Both the position numbers and the translations under genes were made by a program. The notes beneath the pieces were generated by a model. That model was not told the origin of the DNA. It saw only the letters and a program-made list of their open reading frames with translations, and made no database searches. A DNA stretch of 63,534 nucleotides, the filler included, from Platydemus manokwari (taxonomy: Eukaryota), in NCBI GenBank assembly GCA_037951405.1. It is 5 parts of 5 records of this genome, joined end to end, with 100 filler letters (N's around TTAATTAATTAA, not from the genome) between each part and the next. Parts side by side here need not be neighbours in the genome. Positions count along the whole stretch, not along the records: positions 26,908 to 41,310 come from JBBMOY011469196.1; 4 more parts are not named here. One strand, 5' to 3'. Positions 26,908 through 40,233 of this stretch are shown here, piece by piece. Position 1 is the first letter of the stretch, and the number at the start of each line of letters is the position of its first letter.

Positions 26908-29900
26908 ACAGTGTTCAACTTTTTTTCTGATCTTAATAATTTTAATAATCTAAGTGCTCCTTTAGATTCTAAGGATATGAGTCTATCTTAATTACATATT
27001 GAAAACAATACATTAAAATAAATATTAATAAACTTAAAATTGAAAATTTTATGTATGAAAAAAGATTTTTAAATTATTAAATCATTATGATAAAATAAAT
27101 AATTAATGATTTATTAATTAATACTTATTATTTTTTTTATTCTACAAATTATTTACTAAAGAATTTATTCAAATATTTACTAAAACTTATCTGGAAACTC
27201 TATTTATTAAATCCTTTATTTGTTTGATGAGATTTTAATACAAAATGTTACTGTTTATTATTTGTAAGAATTCAGAAATTGCATCATTTTATTACTTTTA
27301 ATAGTAGCTTCAAGTTGTGACTTTTAATCCACAATTTCAAAAATAATAATAAATTATTGATGGTTCGTTCGAAAATTGCTACATATACACTGATAGAATT
27401 GTTACTTCGTTAAATATTCATATAATTAATTAAATCATGGTCAGTCCGATTGTATCATAGGTCACAATTGTTATAATTATAATTTCTGCAAGCCCCAACA
27501 AATACATTGAACCTATTTCTATACTTCTGGGATCAATAGAACCCCAACATTATGTATTTTAAGTTTGTTAAAAGTGAATATTAATAAAGATTACCACTTC
27601 TCATGATTCCATTGATTTAAATAGATGTTGCAGATATTGTGGATCTAACGCAACGAGAGTAAATTCTTAAAATCGTAAGGTCCGTTTTTCTAATTTTATT
27701 GAAAATCTATATTGTGTTACAGTAAAAATATTTTTTAGATTGAATTACAACTTCATTAACATTGAATTAGATTGAAAAAAAATATTAAACGTTCTTTAGA
27801 TAAAGCGGAGGTCAATAATTATTACTTGGACATTAGGATCATAAACGGTGACTACTAAAATAATAAAGAAAATAAATATAGCAAGTCATTCCAGACCGTG
27901 TGTGGTAAAGAAATAAAACAATTCGAAAATCCAACAAACCAGTAGATTAAAAATAATGGCTAGCGTTTTTGGTCTTTCTAGAATCACTATATGGGCAGTA
28001 CAATCACTCATTGAACCATTGCAAATGAAAAAAACAAAAAAGGTAATCACAAAGAAGCATTTTTGTCAATTACCTAATGGTAATTTTTGATTGCGCAACA
28101 TCTGTAAATTTTGTAGTATTTATGTTTCGACAAATAGAGCCATATATATTATGGTTTTACTTCTTATTATATTCATTAAAACCACATTGGATGTTATCAA
28201 ATATTAAATAATTTCTAAGCTAAAGAACCAAAGCAAAATAATATTTGATAATATTAAACAAACCATTATTTCATCACTGCTATACCACTTTACAAGGCAT
28301 TAATTAAAGAAAACTTCAGAAATAAGTTTCTCAAAATCTCAAAATATATCCTTTCAGACACAACTGTTGAGTGCTAATATGCTAATTATTATTTAAAATT
28401 TTATAATTAATGCCTCAAGGGATGCCACACTTCAATATTTGGAATAAAAATGAGAATCAAATAGTGTCAACATATCTTGATTTTTAATAAATAAGTTTTG
28501 TTCTTTTGATTATTGGCTTTCACATCGACATCATTTCACAACTCAATTCTGTGCTGCCTCTATATGAATAAAATTAGTCAGAATCCCAAATAGAAACAGA
28601 ACTGAATTCCAATTCCAATCATAATTTTGGTCTATAACAATCATTTGTTTTAATTTAAGTTTTGATTCCAAGATACTGAAAATGAAATTTTAAAATATTA
28701 ATTAACATAATATATTAATCATTAAAGATTTTCATGATAGACTCTATTTAATTATTTTAAGACCCCAGCACCTTAACAATGTATAAAATTGTTTTATAAC
28801 CGTCTACAAGAAAAGAAATAGAAAGTAATTTTAATAATCGATGAATGGAGAACATTTACATTTGGATTAAATAGTAAAAAGAAAAATATAAATATAGAAG
28901 TTTGTGAAACAATTAAACATGGTATCGATAAATTGTAAAGCTTTGGAGGACAATATATTGGCTGTTGAAGAAATAATTAAAGCCAAAGATAATTAATAAA
29001 TGATGATTTTATAACTCCTTTATCGACAAATAAAAATGTCTACATACTTATGAATTTCAAACGGCAAAACATAAACGCACTTATTTAGTTTCGTTCAGTT
29101 GGAATTTTTATTGTTTTCTTCAGAATGAAACACAAAAAGTATGTTTACGTTTATTTTGGAAAACTAAAGCCGGGAAATAATAAATATAAGCTGAAAATGA
29201 ATTCTTTTGTCAATTACCAATGTATGTTTTTATGGATCAGATAAATAGTAAGAGTTTAACTTCGGGTGTATTTGGTACATTAAGACAGATAGATAAAGCA
29301 ACACATTTAGATGAATATGAAAATTAATTAAACAACATCACAAAATAAAATAAAACACAACTTAGTCAGATAATACAAATGCACATACAAGATGGGTTGG
29401 CTCATTAATTTATGTGGAATATAGATTAAAATAACCAAAAATTGAATTTAGCAAGTTTAAAATCAAGCAGAATAAATATTAAATTTTTCAAGTCAATAAA
29501 TAAGTAAAAGTATAAAAAAATCATTAAAATATAAAAATTAAAATAAAAGTTATATAAAACAAAATAATTTTATAAAATGGTTTAAAAATTGTGTAAAATT
29601 TTTTTTTATTTTAACGTGATAAATTCTTGAAGTTTTTCATTTGCTTAATCGAATTTTAGATCATTCGACACAAATTCAAGAACAAAGTATTTCTGAACAA
29701 AATTTACTTTTAGTACCAACTTCATTACTAAAAATAGCACAAAAAAGATTAGCCACAGAATTTTAATTCCAAGGATTCATTTGATTATAATCAAAATGTT
29801 GCATTTTTAAAAGTAAATTACTCTTCTTGAATCACTGAATAAATTAAAACAAACTAACACATGTTTATTTCATAACCTAGTTAAATTATAATAAAACCAG

Positions 29901-29941
29901 TCATTGGTTTCATAAGTAATTATCTTGTCAATTATTTATTT

Positions 29942-31350
29942 TTATTGGTGTATTACGATATTAATATATATCGTTGATTGTTTCGACTTTTCAGTTATTA
30001 TTTCATTTGAAACTTTATAGGACTTCACAATTTGAAAATTGCACTTTTCTACAAAATAATATCATTGGATAAATTATAATTTATTGATTTCGTCTCACTC
30101 ATTAAATGTTCGAATTCATCATCGGTTATATTATGTGGTAATCCGTTCCAACCTTCAAAACTATGTTTATATTGTAGAGTTTCGAAATACATTCGACCAT
30201 CACTAGCGAGACATCTCCATAAGTTTTCCAAATACCTTGATTAGGAGATTTAATATAACTCTTTAAATTTATTTATAATGGAAAATATTAAATAAATGAT
30301 TGAATTGTTCAAACAAAAGTAATTTTAAATAAAACAGCTAAGTGTAAAACATATTATTGGTTTAAGATTAAACATTATAATGTTCTCTCTAAATTGATTC
30401 TGATTATTCATTGCATTTAGAGAAATTTTATTGAATTTGATTGAAAATAAAAATATAAAAATATCCAATGGAAATCTTTCTAAGGATCCATTGTATTGAA
30501 ATTATCAAATTGAAATAATAGTGAAAATAATATATATAAATAATAAAAATTTAAATTTATTTTTGTTTTTTCAAATTATAATTTAAGTACATTGAAAGAA
30601 TAATTTATTATTTTATTTTAAAATAAAATATAATCTTTGCTAGTTAATATTAGATATGAAATTTAATTTTATAAAATGTTTTAAAAATTGCATTTTTAAA
30701 AGTAAATTACTCTTCTTGAATCTCAGAATTCATTGATGCAAAACTTCCCCGATCATTTACGATGTCGAATTTGCCCACATAATGTCTGCAAAGTAAATAA
30801 ATAAATTATTAAATGATAAAATGAATTTTTAAATATATGCGGGTACCTAAATTGATTTCAATAATGATGCACAAACATTATAGAACATATTAAATATAAA
30901 TATATATTATCTAACTTATAAAACTCGAGAATATCTTCAACATATAATTTCACTTTTCCATCGATTGACTGTAATAATTATAAATATTATTTTATATTTA
31001 TTTCATTATAAATCAACTTGATAGATTTTATAGTTGTCATGACTCTCAATCTTATAATCAATTTGATTTTCTTCGAAAAACTCTTTGATTGCTTTTTCAT
31101 ATAGATCAACTCCGACAACGTACAGACCTTTCCTATACACCCATTCCATATCTAAACTTTTTCCACACAGTGGAAAGAAAACAACCGAATTTTCCTTTGC
31201 TTTTAAATCGTTCCAATTATCTACAAAATTCCTAAATACCAGAGAAATATGTTTCGTGAAAAGAAAAAGAAACTTTTACTTATTAACTTGTTTGCGATGC
31301 CAGATTGGATCCATCCATTTTTCAAGCCAAAATTCAAATGGTACAGACAT
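29942..31350 (-). CDS. TPMT: Thiopurine S-methyltransferase family SAM-dependent methyltransferase, 218 aa, 6 exons
   Basis: Exons 31350-31280, 31231-31018, 30968-30916, 30785-30711, 30235-30099 and 30048-29942 total 657 nt, ATG to TAA. Motifs FWLEKW...WH, VFFPLCGKSLDMEW, VVGVD...AIKEFF, GKFDIVNDRGSF and GLPHNI match the TPMT family. Confidence 0.93.
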
Positions 31351-31377
31351 GTTGGATGTTTGTGGTTTAAAATATTA

Positions 31378-31935
31378 GCTAAACTTAAAATTTAAAAATT
31401 GTTGAGTGCATGTTTCAAAAATCTATATAGTTTTTTTAATTATATTATTTATTAACATTTTGAATTTTTTATTGAAGCACTTAAGAAAAATTTTAGTGGT
31501 TTGAAATCAAATATTAAATACAATAGACCTTCAAAATCTCCTGAAATTTGACTATTTGAAAAAGAAATCAAAGTAGGTCGAATTGCAATTGAAAATTAGC
31601 GATGGTCCATTTTCTTAACATTGAGAGATACCATTAATTTTTACAATTATTTTATAAAAAGAAGCAATGATATTATTGAAGATTTCTGTAGTTAACTAAC
31701 TCGATTTATAATTTAAAAAAATTTTAATTTAAAAACTCAAAAAATCATATAGAAGTGTTGTGATTAGAATATGAACTTGGTTTTAAAACTATATTTTAAA
31801 CATCCTAAAAAGTGAAATATTAACTGATTTATACAAATAAATCTAACATCGCAATTATATGTATATAATTAAATAATGAAATTATCTCATGCTCGAAAAT
31901 TCATTATTACGAAAGTAGGTCAAAGGACCCCTTTT
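31378..31935. mobile_element. MITE family B copy, inverted relative to the 42175 copy
   Basis: Reverse-complement match, e.g. aatcatatagaagtgttgtgattagaatatgaacttggttttaaaactatattt; ends ggtcaaaggacccctttt. Confidence 0.78.
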
Positions 31936-32399
31936 CTGATCGTTTTTGAAGAATCAACAGTGGAGTAAAATAAAATGTCTCACAGTGCCGCTTTTTCAAA
32001 ATTAGAAGCTAGTTTGAATAAAAAATATAAAGTGAAAATTTGAAAATTTCTGTTGGATTTGTGTGCTATATATATATTTGTTGCAAAACTATAGAGATTG
32101 TGAGTTCTGATATGTAAGAAATAGTTTCTTTCAATTACAAATGTTTTGATTATATTGTATACCTTTTTATTTTGTATTAATAAAGAAAATATAATTACAA
32201 ATAATCAAAAACACAATTGTTAATACACATTTATTACTGCCTATCAAACTAATTTGCACGTCAATTCAAACAATTCAGCCCAAACCACAATTATTTTACA
32301 AACAGTGGAATGGCTAGATTTCCGAGTTCAAGAGCGCCGTATGAGCGCAATAAATTATCATATTTACCAATTATGTTGAGTCTGATAGGATATCACAAC

Positions 32400-35300
32400 G
32401 AAAATACAGAAGCGCAATTCTGTATGAAAATAGGAAGAATAAGGCAGAAGCACAAAACGTAATGCGAAATAAACATTTAATAATAGTTATATAAAGGACA
32501 ACAGTTAGATGATATATTTAATCGAAATAGGATGCAGTCAATATGAGACTAAAATTATAACAGCCATTGTCTTAGTCAGCAGCAGATAGATGCAACTCCA
32601 GTAACAGGATTTAAGTTAATAAGCATATAAATTGAACATCTCGGGAATTGAAGGAAGAGCCAAAAGGCATAATATTAGAAGAAAAACCAGAATGTGAAGA
32701 ACCCGAAGAAAAAGGAACAGTACTTTGAGTCTCAAGAAGATGGTGATAACGATGAGGGAAATTGAGAACTGAATTAGTAGGAGTGAAAGCGCAGATCCAA
32801 CATACGATCTTGAATGAAAAAAAGAATGATGAAGAAACATTTAGAAGTTTTACCCAAGGACAAAGAATAGGGACAAATAGCTTTAGTCTTTATGGTCGAA
32901 AGCTAAATGGTGTAATAACCAGACATCCTCAAAAACTCTGGGATACTCTTTCAAAAATGGCACACTACAAAAAACATGTTGAGTCATGGATGAATAGATA
33001 TTTTAGCTGACAAGGACTAATAAAGTGAACCAAAAATATCAAAAATTCTGATTTCGGAAACCAAATCTCAATTACATTGTTATGGTGAACCTTTCCAATA
33101 AAACAGGAACCACAACCATCACAGCGTTTTATTGTGACAAACTGCAGTTAAGAAAGATCTATATACTAGTCGATCTAGAAGAATGTCCAGAGGTCAGTAA
33201 GAAGAAATACTACGAAAATAATATATCATGTGTATCAGAAAACTGGTTTTAGAAGGGTAAAGATAAGGAAATTCGGAGTACTATGGCTTAGTTTGAATAT
33301 CACTCTTGCTCCCTCAGTCTTTGTGGAAGTGAAGCCCAAAATCATAGAAGTGCTACCAACAGCTTATAACGATGCTTTTGAGACTAAGAAATTTAGATTA
33401 GATGTGTTAAGTGATCAAATTATTTTTTAAAAAGTAGTTAAACTTACCTTTTGCTGAAAATTAGTCCTATTTCGGCTCTTTGAAGGCTTCAACAAGACCT
33501 TGGGTTAGAGATATATAGGATTTTTAGATGTTTCTTTTGATGAGTTATTTAAAAAGGTTATGCAAGTTGAAATGAATTCAAGTATATTATGAAGTCAATC
33601 TCGAGTTTAGGCAACAGCAATGCAGACTTCACATTTTGGCAAAATTGAAAGATGACACACATCAGAGATGAACGAAAACAAGCTTCCCAAAGTCAAACTT
33701 AGATCAAAGAAAATCTCGCAAGAAAATCCATAACATGTTTTTATTGTGGAAGAATAAGTCACTATACGAGCAAATGCGATCTAGACGAGAATTAGAGAAA
33801 ACAAATTGAAATACTAAGAAATTTCCAATGAAATTCTATAATTGTGAAAAGATGGGTCATTTGGCTTCTAATTGCAGGTCAAGAAAACCAATTAAATCCC
33901 AATATCGGGACGAAGTGAATTCAGAAGGAAGCATTAAATGTTATTCATATTGAAAATTTGGTTCTAGAGACAGATCTTGTCCTAGAAATCAAGAAAATAT
34001 TAATGAACATGAAATTTTAGAGAAAATCCATCTTTAATTAATGCAACATTCCCAAATGACACAGATTTTTTAGAAAATTTGGAAACAGAAATGTCGGAAA
34101 TTCAAACGAAACTGAGTCGGTTAGCTAATAAAATGGAACCAAAAGATAATTCATGTAATTTAATGGTAATTAATAAAAACGGCACTGAGGAAATCATAGT
34201 TAGAGAGACATCAGAATTGAGCACTAAACGCGGCCACACTGCTTTGAAAAAAGTAAGAGCTTGGAAAAGCAATCCGAATAAAAAGATGACAAAAATTTTA
34301 AAAAGTATCAAGACAACTGTGGAAACTGTTTGATAAAATTAAGAATGATGAATGTAATAATGAGATAAAAAACGATGGAAATGTAAACAAGTAATTAATA
34401 ACTGATAGATAGAATGAATTATGTAAACTGCAAGAAATACTTAATGATTCGAATTGAAAATCCTGGATGTGAATTGTTGGATATAAGGTCTATTCTAAAG
34501 TGAAAGATATTAAAGTCGGAATAGATGATGATAATACTTAGTTAATGTTTTTGAATCAAATTCTAGATTATGATGATGAATATTTAATGTCACATAGAAT
34601 AATACCAAAAACTATTAACATTATTAAACAAATATATAATAGTGATGAAACTCAAAAATTGTATAAAATCATAGTGGATAAACTCGAAACGAACAGAAGT
34701 CCGAAATAATTCTAAAATTCATGAAATATTAGATAGACTATCTGTGATTATAAACCTATACATTGAGAAATTTATATATATATATAAATCATAATTTTCG
34801 AGATTTATTTAAATTCTATAGTAAAAAATGTAGACAAAACCGAAGTAGTTTTCCATCTTTTGAAATTACTCTGGAGATAATTGGAGTTGGAATGATTCGA
34901 TTTAAGGAACATTGGTGTGCGAAAGTAAAACGCATTAGACGAAAAGCTACGCATATGCTGGAATATGAAGCAATAATTATTTTTTCATACCAAGGACAAG
35001 ATATGGATGACGATGAATACGTTATTGATTACTGCTGTATAATAGGCAAAAATGGCAACATTAGAGAGATAGTATACAGTGATCCACAAGACAAAAACCT
35101 TAAAAATAAATGAAAATTCCAATGAATCAACCAACGATTATCATGAGGAATTACAACAGAAGAAAGATGTGCACTATTATCTCTATCAATAATCCAATTT
35201 TCGAAGAGTACATGTTAAAGAATGTCTAATGAAGAAAACCACATTTGTTTAGCACTGTGAAAAGTAGAGCCATGGATCTTTAATTTTACTCTAAGCGATA

Positions 35301-35750
35301 CCCAGGCCAGTAGACATAGATGCGGATAATTGCCGATCTGCTTTTCAAAAAAAATGAATTAAAAATAGATCCTCTAATCAAATCGACAGAGAGAGGGTTT
35401 CTTTAAGAGAGAATCACTTACGGTCAATGGAACACTAGGAGCTGATTGATCTTGTGTTTCGGGAACTGCGTAAGATTTCGAATAAAATAGTAGATCACGC
35501 AATAGTAACAGGAGCATATTCATCTGAAATAAGGCAATGAAAAGCAGTATTTAACGAAGCTACAAGGAAGATGTAAACATACCCATTGTGTAATTCAAAA
35601 TCAAAAGGTGCAATACTGGTGAATCTATACCAGCACATAAGAAAACCAACGAATGCAACTTAGCATGATTTCATTGAGATAAGTAGTGGACAATTTCAAG
35701 ACCAAATACAACAATTTTCTTCATATAAACAAATCTTCAAATCAGGGCGA
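32400..35750 (+). mobile_element. Decayed LTR retrotransposon (probably Gypsy/Ty3), gag-pol remnants
   Basis: Two zinc knuckles at about 33733-33880: TCFYCGRISHYTSKC and KFYNCEKMGHLASNC, the second missing its first Cys. Weak RT-like remnants follow (IIGVGMIRFKEHWCAKVKRIRRK at about 34875; KKTTF...FTLSDTQA at about 35230). Many stops and frameshifts; boundaries approximate. Confidence 0.65.
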
Positions 35751-36173
35751 AAATCCATCATTTATCGAATCAATGACAATAATATTAAATTGATATATTA
35801 AAAGCCATTGATTTAACTCAAATTTTTGTTGAGACAGATGTAAACTTTTTTATATACAAAATCTAACGAGCAACAGTTCGTTTCGTTTTAATTTAAATTA
35901 ACGACACAAACTGGAATCTAGTTACGAGCCTGTTGGCTATAATTGAACTACCAATATCATTGATTATTACTCTTAGACTTTCATGTCGAAATTAACGAGT
36001 AATTGTATTTTGTAAACACTCAAACATTTGTCAGAAAATCAAAAGAGAAACATTTTATTATTACTACACATATATCCCATCAATAACGTGTATAAAGTTG
36101 TAATTATTTTAATAAATTAGAAAAATAGCTTTAAAAAAATACTAAATATCACAGCAAAATCTTGAAAATCGGC

Positions 36174-37502
36174 TCAATGTTGATATTTGTCTTTCCACCC
36201 TTCTTCTTTCTGCGGTTCAACGAACCCAATAAAATGGCAATCATCTAAAGCCCAACGAGCTCCATAACTCATTTCATTTCTAATTTCAAGTATTGCTATT
36301 TGATGCTAAAGCTCGAAATCAAAGTACCACACAACAGAAACATCAAATCCTACTGGCAATTGGTGTATGTTAATCCAAACGCATTCATCAATCAATTCAG
36401 TTACTTTTTCTAACGCTTTTTTGCTTTTCTGGGCTTCGCCTAGATTTTATATAATTGAATATTAGCATCAAATCAAACCAACTTCCATCACAGCTTCCCC
36501 ACCAATTAGTAGTCGAATCTCGATGGCAGTGTTTGGTTAAAGCTTTGGCACCAACAGACAATTCTTTCGATTTCCTTTATTAAAAATATTCAAAATACAC
36601 TACTTCATTTTCCATTCAATACTTTTTCAAATTTTACGACAATAATTCAAATCAATTTAACTTTATATTATGGCGAAATAATTGTTACTAAATTTAGTAA
36701 CATTTAATAATTGAAAATTAATTGATTTATTTAAACAATAGCAGATCAAAATATATCTTGTAAAACGTCATTTCAATACTCGATAAAAATTGTTTTAAAA
36801 ATTCAACTTACTGATAAAGTTTATTAAATTCTTCCAATAATTTCTCTTTAGGGATTGGTAAAATATCCTTTGAACCAATAGTTTTGCGCATACCCAATAA
36901 ATCTAAAATACCTCTCCACCCTATTATCTAGAAATAAAAATACATAATGATCACAAATTCATTAAAAATATTTACTTTTAAAATATGATAGATTCTCAAT
37001 AGTTTTTCGTTTTTATCTAAATTATACCATACCGCAGAAGATTCCAATGCAAACTTTCCAGCTTCGTTAAATTTTGAATTTCTAATTACTATCATTATCA
37101 ACTTTCACATAATAATTTTCATGCCTTTCTTGATCATAACTTTTCTCATCTAGCATGTAGAGAGACTTGGATTGCAATAAACACGTTCTAATATGAAACG
37201 TAATTAATTAAGTACTTCGATGAATTTAGCAACCCATTCTTAAATAGTTGTGACAGCTGATAAACAACTTGATAAATAAAAGGAGAAGAAGGGTATGTAT
37301 TTGGCAACTTTGAAAAATTGAAATCCTCCAATTGACTAGATTTATATGAATGATAATCTTCTAAAATTGGTTGAAAATCAATATCACTAAATTTTGAACT
37401 TGTATTTTGAAAGATCTTAATTGTTTTTGGAATAATATTTATTAGAGTTTAAACTCATAATACCTCGATCAACAAATTTAAAATTTCTTTTTCTATATTC
37501 AT
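36174..37502 (-). CDS. Uncharacterised 268-aa protein, 8 exons; C-terminal domain like the tail of plant 'RNA-binding ASCH domain' proteins, with no ASCH domain evident
   Basis: Exons 37502-37464, 37415-37234, 37187-37141, 37088-36976, 36927-36812, 36574-36483, 36439-36354 and 36305-36174 total 807 nt, ATG to TGA; six of seven introns are 43-52 nt. The C-terminus reads GWRGILDLLGMRKTIGS..LP..LSVGAKALTKHCHRD..WWG...WINIHQLP...EIRNEMSYGARW..D..FIGFVEPQKEEGWKDKYQH*. The family assignment is from recalled motifs, not a search. Confidence 0.85.
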
Positions 37503-40092
37503 TTAATATTAAATCTTTAACAATTTTAATATTTAAAATTATTAGTTAAAACAATGAAGTTTGTATATTAAAAAATATTGCCAGCTTTGCAAGATATAGA
37601 TCATAAAAATATCAATCAAGAAAAGTAACAAATATTTTTGTGAAATATTGACTGAATCTATCCTAATATTAATAAACGAAATTGAAAAAATTGAAACATT
37701 TGACAAAATTGAATACTCAAATGAAGAGTGTGATTTTAAATTTTCTTTTTATTTTTTATTTGAAATTATCATACGAAAATTTTGATTATTTTGAATACTA
37801 TTCGAGATGATTTTTCAATTTTAAAGTTTGAATTGTTCTATTCAAATCACTGTTGGAGTATTAATAAAAATTACGAATTTGAATAATAGTAATTTTCATC
37901 CATACACAGGATAAAATCAAAAAGTAATTATAATATGATAATTTGTCAAAATAATAAAAATTATACATGCCACAATTTAAGCAATTAATACAATGTATTC
38001 TCGCCTAGTTTTTAACTGAACAAAATTTTCATTAAGATTTTTTGAATTTGACATTTTGATTCGAGCATTGTGTTATATTATGCAGCTATTATACCATTGG
38101 TAATAACCCAAATCCGAAAATGGACTCCATATTATTATTATTATTAATCAGTTAACAATTATTAAAATTTAGCATTATTTATATCAAAGCATTAAAATCA
38201 AAGTTATTTAGATTAGGTGGCTCTCAGAAGAACACTTATCATGGATTCTTGGTGATTTTCTTTTTCATTGTCTTTTTTCTTTGAAGATTATCCTTTAGAT
38301 GCTTGTCATTTAGTGCGCATTGAGTTAGTTATTGACAAGAATATCTTCATTGTCGATGATTTATTCTTTGTTTTCATTTATTTCAATGTGTAGTCCTTTC
38401 TTTTTTTCGCCCGATTTACCACTTCTGTATTACCACTGTATAAAGCTTGTCTTTATGTTCACCCTTATACATTATACGGTAATTTAACTCACCCTTTATT
38501 GAATAAATTCTAGCTTGTTGAAAACAGTGTTTCTTTGTGGTTCCCATTCTCATGTACATCCACGATGAAGATATGTAGCCCGACTATATAGTTAGGTCAG
38601 TATTTCTTTTGAAGCACTTCTAACTTTTCCAATTTCTAATTATCTGTGATATTCAATAAATCTTTGTTCATCCATCTGGGATTTTATAACCACTGGCAAG
38701 ATGGTACATTTCTTTTCATTTTCTATATGAACGACTAATTTGGATATTACTTAATGATATACTATCATCTCTTTTTGTGGTAGTCATTCGTCTATATGTG
38801 TTTTTTGTATTGGTATAAGGCTTACTTTATTGTTGACATATCGGCATTCCACAGTAGTATTTTGTTTTATATTTGCATGTTTGACAGTTTATTTTGTTTT
38901 GCATCATCACTTCTAAGTCGGGTTCTGTTGATTTATGTTAAACAATTCTAGAGATTTATTCAGTATCTTCTCCTATCTTTTTAGAGTGTCTGCCTATAAA
39001 AAATCATTTAAAGCGGATTAAAATCTTATTTTACGCTCGGTGTCACTTGTTTACAGAGGCTAAGCCATTCATTATACGGCTTCATTTTGATGTACTATCA
39101 CTATCAGTGAATCTTGTGTTATAAAAATCTTTGCTTGTGTCCATGAATTGATTTTTTTTATCACTTAAAACATGCCGTACGTATGCTTTACATTACTGAA
39201 CCTTTCCCATAGAGTGAAGATACTTTTCTATATAAGTTTGGAGAGCATTCTAATTTCTCTACCACTGTGTTTGTCTTTTGATGCGAATTTTTGAGCGGAC
39301 ATTTTACTTAATTGATCATCATAGAACTCTACTGCACGACCAGAACAAAGTGCAGATTTGAGGTCGAAATTTCCACTTTTGAATGTGGTTTTATCAAATT
39401 CAATATCCTCTCCATACATAGTCGAATGACGAAAGCAACTTTTGAGACCTTAGAAACTTGATTAAAAGCAAAAGGGTATCAAAAATACCCATTATTCTCA
39501 TTTTGGCATTCTATTTTATGATCTGAAAATTAACAGAAATTAAGCACAACAAAAGAACAAACATAGATTCCGGAAGAGTAAAATACCCTCTTTAAAATGA
39601 TTTAACATACTATACCCAAAATATGTAATCAAGTGGGAAATTTAAAATTAAAAAAAACTGCGGTAAGTTAGTTGGCAGCCTAATATTTTTAAAATTTATT
39701 CAAAAATTATTCACTTGAAGATTTATTAATTTTTCAATATTTCTTACTCTCAACGTATTACATAAAGTCTGCACATACAAATTCTGTGCTGCGCTGTGTA
39801 TATGATATGATTGTATTTTTTGAGATTCCCATTTGTCTTACTGTGAGGAACAATGCTTCAATGTGAATAAATTGGAAACATTTTTCCATGTCCAGTAATG
39901 GTATGTAAAAATTGGCTTCTTTCTTGTAATTGTATTTCTTTAATATATATTTTATAAATTCATTTTGTTATCTGGAATTTTTGCATGGCTTTTTTCTTTA
40001 CCAGTAGGCATTTTTTATAATTGTAAAAAAACCCAACAAAATTATGAACCAACCTATAAATTATATATTGTGGCTAAAAATTCACGCAGAAC

Positions 40093-40233
40093 CCGACGGG
40101 ATTTTAAAACGCTGACAGGCAATAAATTTCGACGTACTATTGCCTGTCGAGATAAATCCCGTCGGAGAATGAAAGTCCAATTCGTAATGGATGACACGTT
40201 GAGCTACGTGTATGATGGATGATCGTAGCTCAA
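40093..40233. repeat. Two adjacent GC-rich inverted repeats (hairpins)
   Basis: ccgacgggattt/aaatcccgtcgg encloses gacaggcaata/tattgcctgtc (40093-40165). ttgagctacg/cgtagctcaa forms a second stem (40199-40233). Confidence 0.85.

Noticed and set aside
31085-31378. 97-aa plus-strand ORF
   Set aside because: Antisense shadow of TPMT exons 1-2.
31958-32307. Possible Tc1-like MITE (cagtggagtaaaataa ... ttattttacaaacagtg)
   Set aside because: TIRs are imperfect, there is no TA TSD and no second copy in the window.
38420-39480. Minus-strand protein-like fragments (MYGEDIEFDK..., a C..C cluster)
   Set aside because: Riddled with stops and no diagnostic motif; probably old TE coding debris that I cannot classify.
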